From positions 64,001 to 128,000 of IMG/VR virus record IMGVR_UViG_3300045051_000909: DNA of 64,000 nt; one strand, 5' to 3'. This document shows positions 15,973 through 23,715 of the stretch, in pieces; the stretch's first letter is position 1; every line of letters starts with the position of its first letter. The notes under the pieces were generated by a model. The model saw only the letters and a program-made list of their open reading frames with translations. It had not been told where the DNA came from and did no database searches. The stretch is from a virus. Taxonomy: Duplodnaviria > Heunggongvirae > Uroviricota > Caudoviricetes. The position numbers were made by a program, and so were the translations under genes.

Positions 15973-16445
15973 AGAGAGATAGCCTTCTCTCCCCGGGCCG
16001 GTCATTTGGCTTTCTCGCCGACCGTGGTGATCTATGGGCTCCGTTTAAGTCACAGGGTCAGTCTTAGATAGGACGCTCTAGCTTTAAGCTACCGGGCCAT
16101 AAGATATTTGGCGGCCCGGGAGGGACTTCAACCCCCATCTTCCCGTCATAGCTCCTGTAACGTTCGACTAGATCATACGGTTGTTAGTCTGAGCTTGGAG
16201 TGTAACAGCTTGAACTTGAATCTCAGTGCCTCGCTCCTAACTTACGACCTTGCCTCTCTGTGGGCTACCCGGGCGTACTAAGCAGCTACCGAATGGCTTA
16301 CACCGTTTATGGCGGTGCCCAGGTGCACGCTGGGAATTCGGTCGCTGCTTACTATGCCCGGGGGTGGTTACGAGCCACCGCTGGGGGGTCTAGGTTAGGG
16401 CTAAGCATCAGCTATCAGTCTCAGCTTGCACTCCGTAGAAACTGT
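15963..16445 (-). ncRNA. ~480-nt RNA with two circularly permuted tRNA-like modules and a minihelix
   Basis: T arm, acceptor 3' strand, closing domain, acceptor 5' strand, D arm order at 16259-16380 and 16075-16137; 14-bp hairpin 15966-15999. Confidence 0.7.
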
Positions 16446-16447
16446 TC

Positions 16448-17185
16448 CTACTTGTTGAACAAGTAGTCGAGGATCGGGGAGGTGTTGAGCTCCACCGCCT
16501 CATGCATGTTCGCTTCCTCGCGCGACGTCTTCACCGCGCGCTGGAGCTTCTCGACCCGCTCGAAGAGCTCCTTGACCTGCTGGGCCGGCATCGCGCCGGA
16601 GAACTTGACCGTGGTCCAGTAGCCGTCGAGGACGTCGGTCGTCACCTTGACTGCCTGAGCCGGATGCTCCTTGGTCGGCTGGACGATGACCTTGAAGTCC
16701 TCGACCTTCTTCTGGCGGATCGTCTCGACGGGCTCCGTGGCGTGGCAGTTCTGGTTCGAATCCCAGTGCCAGGTCTCGGTCGGATCGAGCGTCGGCAGCT
16801 TGCCGATGAAGGTCTTGAGATCGACCAGCTGCTTCTCGAGCCAGAGCAGATGCGTGGCCGGGACGCCAGTGACGAGCACCTGACCATCGACGATGACGTC
16901 GGCCTTGGCGACGCAGTTGGTCGAGTCCTTCATGCCGACGATGTTGAAGAGCTCGCTGAGGTTGCGCTTGACCTCGGTGATCACCTCGTGCGCTCGCAGC
17001 TGCACGACCTGGCGCTCGGACGGGAGCTTGTCACCCTCTTCCATCTTCGCGCGGTAGGTCTTGGCGAGACCTGCGAGCAGCGCAGGTTTGGCCATGTTCT
17101 GGTAGGCGTCGGTGAAGACCTTGTTCGCCTGGGTCTTGATGCTCTTCTCGACAGCGACAACTTGGTTCAACTTCTTGAGCTTCAT
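16448..17185 (-). CDS. uncharacterised coiled-coil protein
   Basis: 245 aa, GGGAG SD, KLNQVVAVEK..., very high GC3; function unknown. Confidence 0.85.
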   Translation of the reverse strand: MKLKKLNQVVAVEKSIKTQANKVFTDAYQNMAKPALLAGLAKTYRAKMEEGDKLPSERQVVQLRAHEVITEVKRNLSELFNIVGMKDSTNCVAKADVIVDGQVLVTGVPATHLLWLEKQLVDLKTFIGKLPTLDPTETWHWDSNQNCHATEPVETIRQKKVEDFKVIVQPTKEHPAQAVKVTTDVLDGYWTTVKFSGAMPAQQVKELFERVEKLQRAVKTSREEANMHEAVELNTSPILDYLFNK

Positions 17186-17265
17186 CTTGTCTCCCGTGGT
17201 GGACTGCGGACCCTTAGTGAGTGCCGTCAGTACTCCTCATACCACGGGCAACCAGATTTTTATGA

Positions 17266-17337
17266 TGCGCGAGGCAGGACTTGAACCTGCAACTTTCGGC
17301 GTGTCACACCGACGCTCTACCTTTGAACTACTCGCGC
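17266..17337 (-). tRNA. tRNA-Val(GAC)
   Basis: loop GT-GAC-AC. Confidence 0.88.
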
Positions 17338-17340
17338 GTG

Positions 17341-17403
<63 letters not shown>

Positions 17404-17413
<10 letters not shown>

Positions 17414-17655
17414 TTGAACTCATTGAATCTGTCCAGCGTTGCTACCTTTGCCGGATCCTCGATGTACTGCGGGCAGCCGCCATACTTCACGACGCTGAGC
17501 TGCCGCTTGGCGTCACTGTGCTTGAGATGTTCGTAATTGTGCAGCGAGCAAGTGCCCCACTCGTTGTTGGGGAATTTGCTATAGCGGCACAACGCGCAGC
17601 ACTTGAAGATTCGATACTCGATCTTCGCTAGCTTCTGTCTCTTGTTCTCATCCAT
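17404..17655 (-). CDS. small Cys-rich protein
   Basis: MDENKRQKL..CCALC..GTC..GGC; real start inside track ORF 17404..17922, whose 5' part is tRNA sequence. Confidence 0.65.
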
Positions 17656-17659
17656 GGTG

Positions 17660-17732
17660 TGGACCCGAGCGGGATCGAACCGCTGACCTCCTGAATGCCA
17701 TTCAGGCGCTCTCCCAACTGAGCTACGAGCCC
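17660..17732 (-). tRNA. tRNA-Ala(GGC)
   Basis: loop AT-GGC-AT. Confidence 0.9.
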
Positions 17733-17735
17733 GTG

Positions 17736-17808
17736 TGGAGCCAGCCGGAATCGAACCGGCGACATCCAGCTTGCAAAGCTGGCGTTCTCCCAACTGAACT
17801 ATGGCCCC
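17736..17808 (-). tRNA. tRNA-Ala(UGC)
   Basis: loop TT-TGC-AA; G3-U70. Confidence 0.92.
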
Positions 17809-17814
17809 AAAAAA

Positions 17815-17957
17815 CCCTTTCTCTCCAGCGGGACGCTGATCGCGTTCATCAAGAAAGGGGACTGCGCAATATGCGTCCCGTAATAAAGGCCGGGGGTTCG
17901 AGTGGTGAAAGGAAAAGGCCACTCATCTTCACGGACACCCCCGGTGGTCCGACCACC
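17815..17957 (-). ncRNA. structured RNA after rtcB (hairpins plus pseudoknot)
   Basis: crossed 8-bp stems 17815-22/17852-59 and 17829-36/17873-80; stem 17890-97/17937-44. Confidence 0.5.
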
Positions 17958-17962
17958 ACAAG

Positions 17963-19234
17963 CTACTCACGTACCCGATGCTTCATCTCTCGTTCGAGTC
18001 GGCGCTGGTTCTTCCACGCCTTCTCGCTTTCCTTACGGTCGCGCCTCATCTTCTCGTCGTGCCCCTTGACTGTCAAGAGAGAGTGAAGCTCGAACATCGG
18101 CGTAACAAGGTCCGCTTGGTTCTGCATGACGACCTCGATGTCCTTGTAAGCCATCGCGATCTCGTCAAGCACGCCCTTGCCGATGTGGCACTCGACGCCT
18201 TTGGTGGACTCGCGGAGGTCGTCGAGCGTGAACGTCTTGTTGGCCTTGGACCGGCTCATCTTACGTCCAGCGCCATGGCTGGCGGACATCAGGCTCTCGG
18301 GATTGCCGAGGCCTTGCACGATGAAGCTCTTGCGCCCCATGGCCCCAGGGATGATGCCCCACTGACCTTCCTTGGCTTCGATGGCGCCCTTGCGTGCGAC
18401 GATCAGTTTCTCGCCATCGATAACTTCCTCGGTGGCGTAGTTGTGATGGCAGCTGACCCGCATATCGACGGGAGCGTAATCGAGACCCTCAGCGTGCAGA
18501 GCCGACAGCAGAAGGTCCATCATCAGTTGCCGGTTCAGCCGCGCGTACTCCTGCGCGGTCTGCATGTCACGCCAGTAATCGGCGAAGTCAGGGGACTCTC
18601 GCGGAAACACGGCGATGCGCTTGTCCGGAAGATCCCGGTTGATTGGGTGTTCCTCGGCCAGGTGCGCATAGCTATCGGCGACCTCCTTGCCGAAGTTGCG
18701 TGAACCCGAGTGCAGCATGAGCCAGATGCGCCCTTCTTGATCCTCGCACACCTCGATGAAGTGATTCCCCGAACCGAGGGTTCCCATTTGACGCTTGGCA
18801 TTCTCGAGGGAACAGCGAGACTGCCTGGTCTGCTTGACGCGCTCCCACAGCTCCTCGAACTCAGGAGCCTTGGTGCCCGGATGCGCCGTCTCATGCGCAC
18901 AGCCGGTACCATTGGGGATGAACTCCTCGATGCGTAGGCGCAGACCCTTGAGGTCCTTCGGCAACATCGCGGGTGTGAGTGAGGTGCGCAGAGCATCCAT
19001 CCCGCATCCGATGTCAACACCGACGATGCCCGGGGCAACGGCGTCCTTCAACGCCACGACGCTCCCGACGGGGACGCCGAACCCCGCGTGCACGTCCGGC
19101 ATGGCGCGCACGTAGCGTGCGCTCGGCAGATTGGCGGTGTTACGAAGTTGCGTTAGCGCCTCGGACTCCACCTCATGGAGCGGCGCCCACAGCAGTACAG
19201 GCACTTGCTGCCCGTCCATCCGTGAGATCGACAT
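17963..19234 (-). CDS. rtcB: RNA 2',3'-cyclic phosphate/3'-phosphate-5'-OH ligase RtcB
   Basis: MPDVHAG, GVDIGCG, GTLGSGNHF, LHSGSR, HHNY, RKGA, SHGAGR, DEIAMAYK. Confidence 0.96.
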   Translation of the reverse strand: MSISRMDGQQVPVLLWAPLHEVESEALTQLRNTANLPSARYVRAMPDVHAGFGVPVGSVVALKDAVAPGIVGVDIGCGMDALRTSLTPAMLPKDLKGLRLRIEEFIPNGTGCAHETAHPGTKAPEFEELWERVKQTRQSRCSLENAKRQMGTLGSGNHFIEVCEDQEGRIWLMLHSGSRNFGKEVADSYAHLAEEHPINRDLPDKRIAVFPRESPDFADYWRDMQTAQEYARLNRQLMMDLLLSALHAEGLDYAPVDMRVSCHHNYATEEVIDGEKLIVARKGAIEAKEGQWGIIPGAMGRKSFIVQGLGNPESLMSASHGAGRKMSRSKANKTFTLDDLRESTKGVECHIGKGVLDEIAMAYKDIEVVMQNQADLVTPMFELHSLLTVKGHDEKMRRDRKESEKAWKNQRRLEREMKHRVRE

Positions 19235-19558
19235 GACCTTCCCCTGAATCGAAAATAAAGGGGAGCGGCGCTGGTGCGCCGTCCCCCGGGGGCGACCTGG
19301 TTAGGTCACCCTCCACCACCCATGCTGACGGGCACGGGACCGTTTGAAAGTGGAGCTGCGAAAAGCTGAAGAGCCGGATAGTACGCAGTAGGTAGTATGC
19401 ACTTGAGACCCGAGAATGTCGGTTCTGAATAATGCCCGCTTTGATGGCCGTTGGTCATGCCGGCGAGCTTTTACACGTCTACCGCTCTCTAGGCCCTTCC
19501 GGTAGCGGACGGGGTCCGCTGTCATTAGCTTTCAACTTCTCGCAGTCTGAAAGCGACT

Positions 19559-20065
19559 TTAGAGGTCGCCGTCAGCAAGATCGGACACGCCGACCTTCTC
19601 CGTGTTTCCTTCGGCGATGAGACCCTTCAGCGTGGCAAGGATTTTCTCTGCCTCGATGATCTGGGCCATCACCTGATCGTTGGTCATCACCGGCTTTGCG
19701 TGCTCCTCGGTGACATCTGCGCGCTTGATGCGGATCGTCTCATCCGGCTCGAGGTCCATGCGCTGATACATGCTCCAGCGACCTGCGTTCCGTCCCGCGA
19801 CGCCCTGCAACCGGACGGCTTCAGCCAAGGAGATCTTCTGTCCCTGGAAGTCTACCTTGACCAGCAGGTTGTACTGGGTCTGGGCTGCCTGGAGGCGGAC
19901 GATGCGGCGCTCGAGCTCGAACACCTGCGCTGCAAGCTTGGTCGGATGCTCCTTCTCCTGATCAGCGAAGCGATACATCGCCTTGTTGAACTTCCGCTCG
20001 ATGTTCTGCAACGTCAGCGAGTGCTTCTTCAGCGCCTCGCGCAACTGGTATCCTGTGACTTCCAT
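19559..20065 (-). CDS. uncharacterised coiled-coil protein
   Basis: 168 aa, GGGGAA SD, MEVTGYQLREALK...; heptad-rich. Confidence 0.8.
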   Translation of the reverse strand: MEVTGYQLREALKKHSLTLQNIERKFNKAMYRFADQEKEHPTKLAAQVFELERRIVRLQAAQTQYNLLVKVDFQGQKISLAEAVRLQGVAGRNAGRWSMYQRMDLEPDETIRIKRADVTEEHAKPVMTNDQVMAQIIEAEKILATLKGLIAEGNTEKVGVSDLADGDL

Positions 20066-20092
20066 GTGGTCTTCCCCTTGTGAATGTTTCAG

Positions 20093-20431
20093 TGGAGCTG
20101 CCGGGAATCGAACCCGGGTCCGAAGATCAATCCAGAACAGCTTCTACGAGCGTAGCCACTACCGGTGGCGCGGTACTACAGTGGAGCCCCGTTCGCAGAC
20201 GAGTGCGGGCTGCCTCTCTTCCCCGTCATGTGACCCTGTTGGTTTACCCCTGCGGCTACTAGGGTGATCTTGCCTCGGGGTGCCCACGCGGCTTTTTAGG
20301 CCGCCATCAGCTGGGCGCGCTCAACGTTGTCGTTGGCGTTTGTGTCTTTGGTCGGCTTTTAACGTGGCCTGCTGACCAACCACGGCTCGCAACCATTCTC
20401 TCTTTCACTTCGTCGAAACCAGTTCAGCCCC
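20093..20431 (-). ncRNA. ssrA: tmRNA, tag (A)ANDNVERAQLMAA
   Basis: 5' GGGGCTGAACTGGTTTCGAC, G3-U70, 3' GGTTCGATTCCCGGCAGCTCCA; tag ORF 20296-20337. Confidence 0.93.
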
Positions 20432-20526
20432 GAAACCACGGGGTGGAGCCTCGCGGCTCCGCAGTCGCTGTGCGTCCGCCTGTGGTCAATTCCACAGAGT
20501 ACCCGTGGGTGCTTCAACAACTACGG

Positions 20527-21552
20527 CTAGGCGCGCTTCCCGTTGCCCATGCCGTTGTTCTGCTGCGAGGCCGTCTGCATGGCCACCGCGAGCGCCTGCT
20601 GGCCGGACGCCGACTCGAGGGCCTTGCTGGCGATGGTCTCGGCGCGCATGTTGGCGGCGTCGATCTGGGTGCGCAGGGAGTCGATGAGCTTCTGCTGCTC
20701 GTTGATGGTCTTGGTCAGCGAGGCGATCTCGTTGCTCGAGACCTTCAGCGCCACCTCGGCGTCCTTCTTGATCATCTCGATCTGGTGGTTGAAGTCCTTG
20801 GTCAGCCGGTTGGTCGTGATGGCCTCGACGGTCTTCTCGGCCTTGGCGATGACCGACGGCATCTCGTCGACGGTCTTCTTCAGCGCGGCGAACTCCTGCT
20901 CCTTCGCCGCCATCACCGTCTCCCGCTCCTTCATGTTCTTGTTGAACGCATCGGCGCGGTCCCGCTCTTGGGCCTGCTGAACCCGCATCTGCTCCTTCCA
21001 GGCGTCCTCCGCCTGGCGGCGCTGCTGCCCGAGCTGGTACGCGTACTCCGCCTCCTCGCGGGTGCGCTCCTGGCGCTCTTCCTCATCGAGCTCGGTGATG
21101 CGCTTCTTGAGGGCGGCCAACTGCTGGTCCAGCTCCTCGCGACGGGCGAGGAAGGTGGTCTCGAGCTCCTTCTGCTTGGTGTCGTACTCGGCGACGAGGG
21201 TCTCGATGCTGGCCTTGGCGATGTCGATCTTGTACAGCCGCTCGAGCTCCGCCTTCTCGAGCTTCACCGCCTCGCGGGTCTCCTCGAGCTCCTTGACGGT
21301 GTTGGCGAACTGCTCGCTCACGCCTGCGAGGGTCTTCTGGAGGGTGAGGCCGACGTCGGTGAGGTTCTTCACCGCCTTCTCGACGGTGACCTCGTTGGTG
21401 GCGTTGCGGATCTCGGTCTCGCGCTGCGCCTGGAGCGCGCGCTCGGTGGGCGTGGCGGTCTTGACCGTCATCGTCTCAGCGCGAACGTCCTCGAAGCTCT
21501 GCTTCACGTCGGCCTTGGTCCGGGTGTTGCGATTGCTGCGCTTGCTTGCCAT
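20527..21552 (-). CDS. long coiled-coil protein
   Basis: GGAG SD before ATG at 21552; E/K/A-rich heptads; very high GC3. Confidence 0.85.
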   Translation of the reverse strand: MASKRSNRNTRTKADVKQSFEDVRAETMTVKTATPTERALQAQRETEIRNATNEVTVEKAVKNLTDVGLTLQKTLAGVSEQFANTVKELEETREAVKLEKAELERLYKIDIAKASIETLVAEYDTKQKELETTFLARREELDQQLAALKKRITELDEEERQERTREEAEYAYQLGQQRRQAEDAWKEQMRVQQAQERDRADAFNKNMKERETVMAAKEQEFAALKKTVDEMPSVIAKAEKTVEAITTNRLTKDFNHQIEMIKKDAEVALKVSSNEIASLTKTINEQQKLIDSLRTQIDAANMRAETIASKALESASGQQALAVAMQTASQQNNGMGNGKRA

Positions 21553-21605
21553 GTCGTTGCTCCGAAAATGTGGGTGGTGTCCTACACCGTCGAACCACAA
21601 TGGTC

Positions 21606-22037
21606 TCAGGTGCTGGTGCTTATACCACGACCCTCTGACAATTTATGTTCATGCGGGCAACGACCGTCAGGCGAATGTGCACGGCCGCAATTGCAGTTAT
21701 AGCAGAGCAACCGATATTCAGGAGGGAACCCTTGGCTACGAATCTGTTGGTATACGCGCGCTGAGCTGCCCAGTGAACGCCGATGCGTGGCACCGTTATT
21801 ATTTATGTGATCGATGGTCAAGAATCTCGGTTCTAACTCGCCACAACATGCGCACTTTCCGCCGTATGCCCGCAGCACCTCGTCGCGAATCTGAGTACGG
21901 TATTGGCGTTGATACGTGGCTTCCTTAGCTAAAAACGAGGCATCTACTTGTTTACGCCGTTTACGTAACTCTCTCTGATACTTCGCGCTTTTGCTAACCG
22001 GAACAGAGTTGCTACGAAACGCTAAACCCACGCGCAT
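21606..22037 (-). CDS. HNH endonuclease
   Basis: CACCG..LTIDHINNNG..LLCYNCNC; more AT-rich than neighbours. Confidence 0.85.
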   Translation of the reverse strand: MRVGLAFRSNSVPVSKSAKYQRELRKRRKQVDASFLAKEATYQRQYRTQIRDEVLRAYGGKCACCGELEPRFLTIDHINNNGATHRRSLGSSARVYQQIRSQGFPPEYRLLCYNCNCGRAHSPDGRCPHEHKLSEGRGISTST

Positions 22038-22062
22038 GCGATCACTCGTAGTGTTGAGAGAA

Positions 22063-22135
22063 TGCCAGCTCCCGGAATCGAACCAGGCTCGTCCGCTCTT
22101 CAGGCGGCTGCGATCACCAGATGTGCCTAACTGGC
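22063..22135 (-). tRNA. tRNA-Phe(GAA)
   Basis: loop CT-GAA-GA. Confidence 0.85.
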
Positions 22136-22140
22136 AAGAG

Positions 22141-22212
22141 CGCTCCGTACGGGACTCGAACCCGTCTCATCGCATAGACAGTGCGACAGCCTCACCCGAT
22201 GCTTAACGGAGC
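22141..22212 (-). tRNA. tRNA-Asp(GUC)
   Basis: loop CT-GTC-TA. Confidence 0.85.
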
Positions 22213-22371
22213 CCGCGGTCCCCACGGCTCACCGGTAGGCTCGATGCGCACAATTTCGCAAGTCGCGCACTCAATTCGGAGAGCTGGGAGGTACGTGTTG
22301 CCGCACTGCTCAAGCTTTGCACTCGAGGTTAGTGCGGGTTTACCACACTTCGGGCAGGGTTTGGGGTCCAT
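22192..22371 (-). CDS. small Zn-ribbon protein (59 aa)
   Basis: MDPKPCPKCGK...IECATCE; fills the gap between tRNA-His and tRNA-Asp; below track cutoff. Confidence 0.5.
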   Translation of the reverse strand: MDPKPCPKCGKPALTSSAKLEQCGNTYLPALRIECATCEIVRIEPTGEPWGPRAPLSIG

Positions 22372-22389
22372 GTCCGAATACTAGCCGAT

Positions 22390-22465
22390 TGGGGTGGCCG
22401 GCGGGAAACGAACCCGCATCCCCTGGGTCACAGCCAGGTACTCTAGCCAATTGAGCTACGGCCAC
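22390..22465 (-). tRNA. tRNA-His(GUG), C73 and encoded CCA, no encoded G-1
   Basis: loop CT-GTG-AC; acceptor GTGGCCG/CGGCCAC; position -1 is T (22466). Confidence 0.88.
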
Positions 22466-22466
22466 A

Positions 22467-22539
22467 TAGGGGCAAGCGGGTTCGAACCGCTGACCTGTCG
22501 GTTATCAACCGACTGCTCTACCAACTGAGCTATGCCCCA
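22467..22539 (-). tRNA. tRNA-Ile(GAU)
   Basis: loop TT-GAT-AA; U1/U72 mismatch. Confidence 0.88.
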
Positions 22540-22548
22540 ACAACACTG

Positions 22549-22622
22549 TCTAGGTGGCAGGATTTGAACCTGCGATCTCTCGCATCCGAAGCGAGCGCGA
22601 TACCAGGCTTCGCTACACCTAG
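22549..22622 (-). tRNA. tRNA-Pro(CGG)
   Basis: loop TT-CGG-AT; C1-G72. Confidence 0.9.
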
Positions 22623-22701
22623 ATAGCCGGTCAAACCTCTTGCGAGGCCCCCGTGCGCTTCGGTCCTGCGACCGAGGGGCTTACGTTAACCGCCGAGCGT
22701 G

Positions 22702-22775
22702 TCAGGATGGCAGGATTCGAACCTGCGGCCTCCTGCGTCCAAGGCAGGCGCGCTACCAGACTGCGCTACATCCTG
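22702..22775 (-). tRNA. tRNA-Pro(UGG)
   Basis: loop CT-TGG-AC. Confidence 0.9.
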
Positions 22776-22784
22776 ATGAAAAGG

Positions 22785-22901
22785 GCCGGCGCGCTACCTC
22801 TACGCTACGGTCTACTCAACGTACTCGGCTAATCTGTCTCGCGAGACTCAGATCAGTTGCTACGCCTTTTAACCGACGGGATTCGAACCCGCTCCTCCGG
22901 C
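22785..22901 (-). ncRNA. circularly permuted tRNA-like RNA (YrlA/Y-RNA-like architecture)
   Basis: GCCGG-AGGA-GCGGG TTCGAAT CCCGT-CGGTT...GACCG-TAGCGTAGAGGTAGCGC-G-CCGGC; opened at the anticodon, acceptor capped by a hairpin. Confidence 0.7.
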
Positions 22902-22908
22902 GGCTCTG

Positions 22909-22982
22909 TCAGCGTGGCCGGATTCGGACCGGCGACCTCCTGCACCCCAAGCAGGCGCTCTACCAGGCTGAGCCACACGCTG
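22909..22982 (-). tRNA. tRNA-Pro(GGG)
   Basis: loop TT-GGG-GT; T loop TCCGAAT. Confidence 0.88.
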
Positions 22983-23480
22983 TCATGTACTGATGACCAT
23001 CTTCACGACTACTGCGACGATGGCTACGAAGAGAAACACACTGAACACTCGTAGATGCCAAAGCACATAACCACGAACGATGCGGAACCGCTCAGCGTCA
23101 CAGTTCGGGTTGGGTGTAGGCATCCACCAGCCCGACAACCAGACGATGCAATCGATGCCAGCCAGGACGCCCTCGACGCGCGCGATCCAGTGGTACGCCC
23201 AGAACGACGCTCCTGTGTGCCAAGCGATGGCAAGGATGATCGGGGCTGCACTGATCAGTCCTGTCTGCTGTGGGTTGAACTGTCCCTGGAATTCAACCCG
23301 GGCCCATACAGGGCTCCACCAAGGCCGCCCTGTCCAATCAGGCCAGAGCCGGAAGTGGAAATCCGTCGCGCCATAGAGCTTGGCCACAGCTGCGTGGGAC
23401 AGCTCATGCAGTGCGAGGTGTAGAAGGATACTAAACGGCAGCCAGATGAGAGCGATGTGTAGTGAGTTCATGCTGCCCAT
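22983..23480 (-). CDS. membrane metallopeptidase (M50-like)
   Basis: LALHELSH within TM segments, ISAAP, CDAERF; start at 23471 or 23480. Confidence 0.7.
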   Translation of the reverse strand: MGSMNSLHIALIWLPFSILLHLALHELSHAAVAKLYGATDFHFRLWPDWTGRPWWSPVWARVEFQGQFNPQQTGLISAAPIILAIAWHTGASFWAYHWIARVEGVLAGIDCIVWLSGWWMPTPNPNCDAERFRIVRGYVLWHLRVFSVFLFVAIVAVVVKMVIST

Positions 23481-23484
23481 TATA

Positions 23485-23556
23485 TACCCCCGGCGAGTAT
23501 CGATCTCGCACTTCCGGCTTGAAAGGCCAGCGTCCAGGCCACTAGACCACGGGGGC
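23485..23556 (-). tRNA. tRNA-Glu(UUC)
   Basis: loop CT-TTC-AA; atypical T loop ATCGATA. Confidence 0.85.
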
Positions 23557-23562
23557 GCGACA

Positions 23563-23634
23563 TGACGCCACGGGGATTCGAACCCCGACTACCGACGTGA
23601 GAGGCCGGCTTCCTAACCATTAGAAGATGGCGCC
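23563..23634 (-). tRNA. tRNA-Glu(CUC)
   Basis: loop CT-CTC-AC. Confidence 0.9.
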
Positions 23635-23637
23635 GTA

Positions 23638-23710
23638 AGGGTTGTCCGGGGATCGAACCCGGCTACGCGGTTTTGCAGACCGCTGCCTTCGCCGTGAGGG
23701 CCAACAACCC
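23638..23710 (-). tRNA. tRNA-Cys(GCA)
   Basis: loop CT-GCA-AA; U73. Confidence 0.88.
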
Positions 23711-23715
23711 ATCAG

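Noticed and set aside
15963-16445. Second, two-piece tmRNA
   Set aside because: Acceptor has C3-G70 rather than G3-U70, true D arms are present, there is no ANDN-like tag, and a normal ssrA exists at 20093-20431
17815-17880. Theta/HDV-like ribozyme
   Set aside because: Topology fits, but the L3/P1.1/catalytic-C consensus is missing and the element lies 5', not 3', of the tRNA; kept only as a pseudoknot
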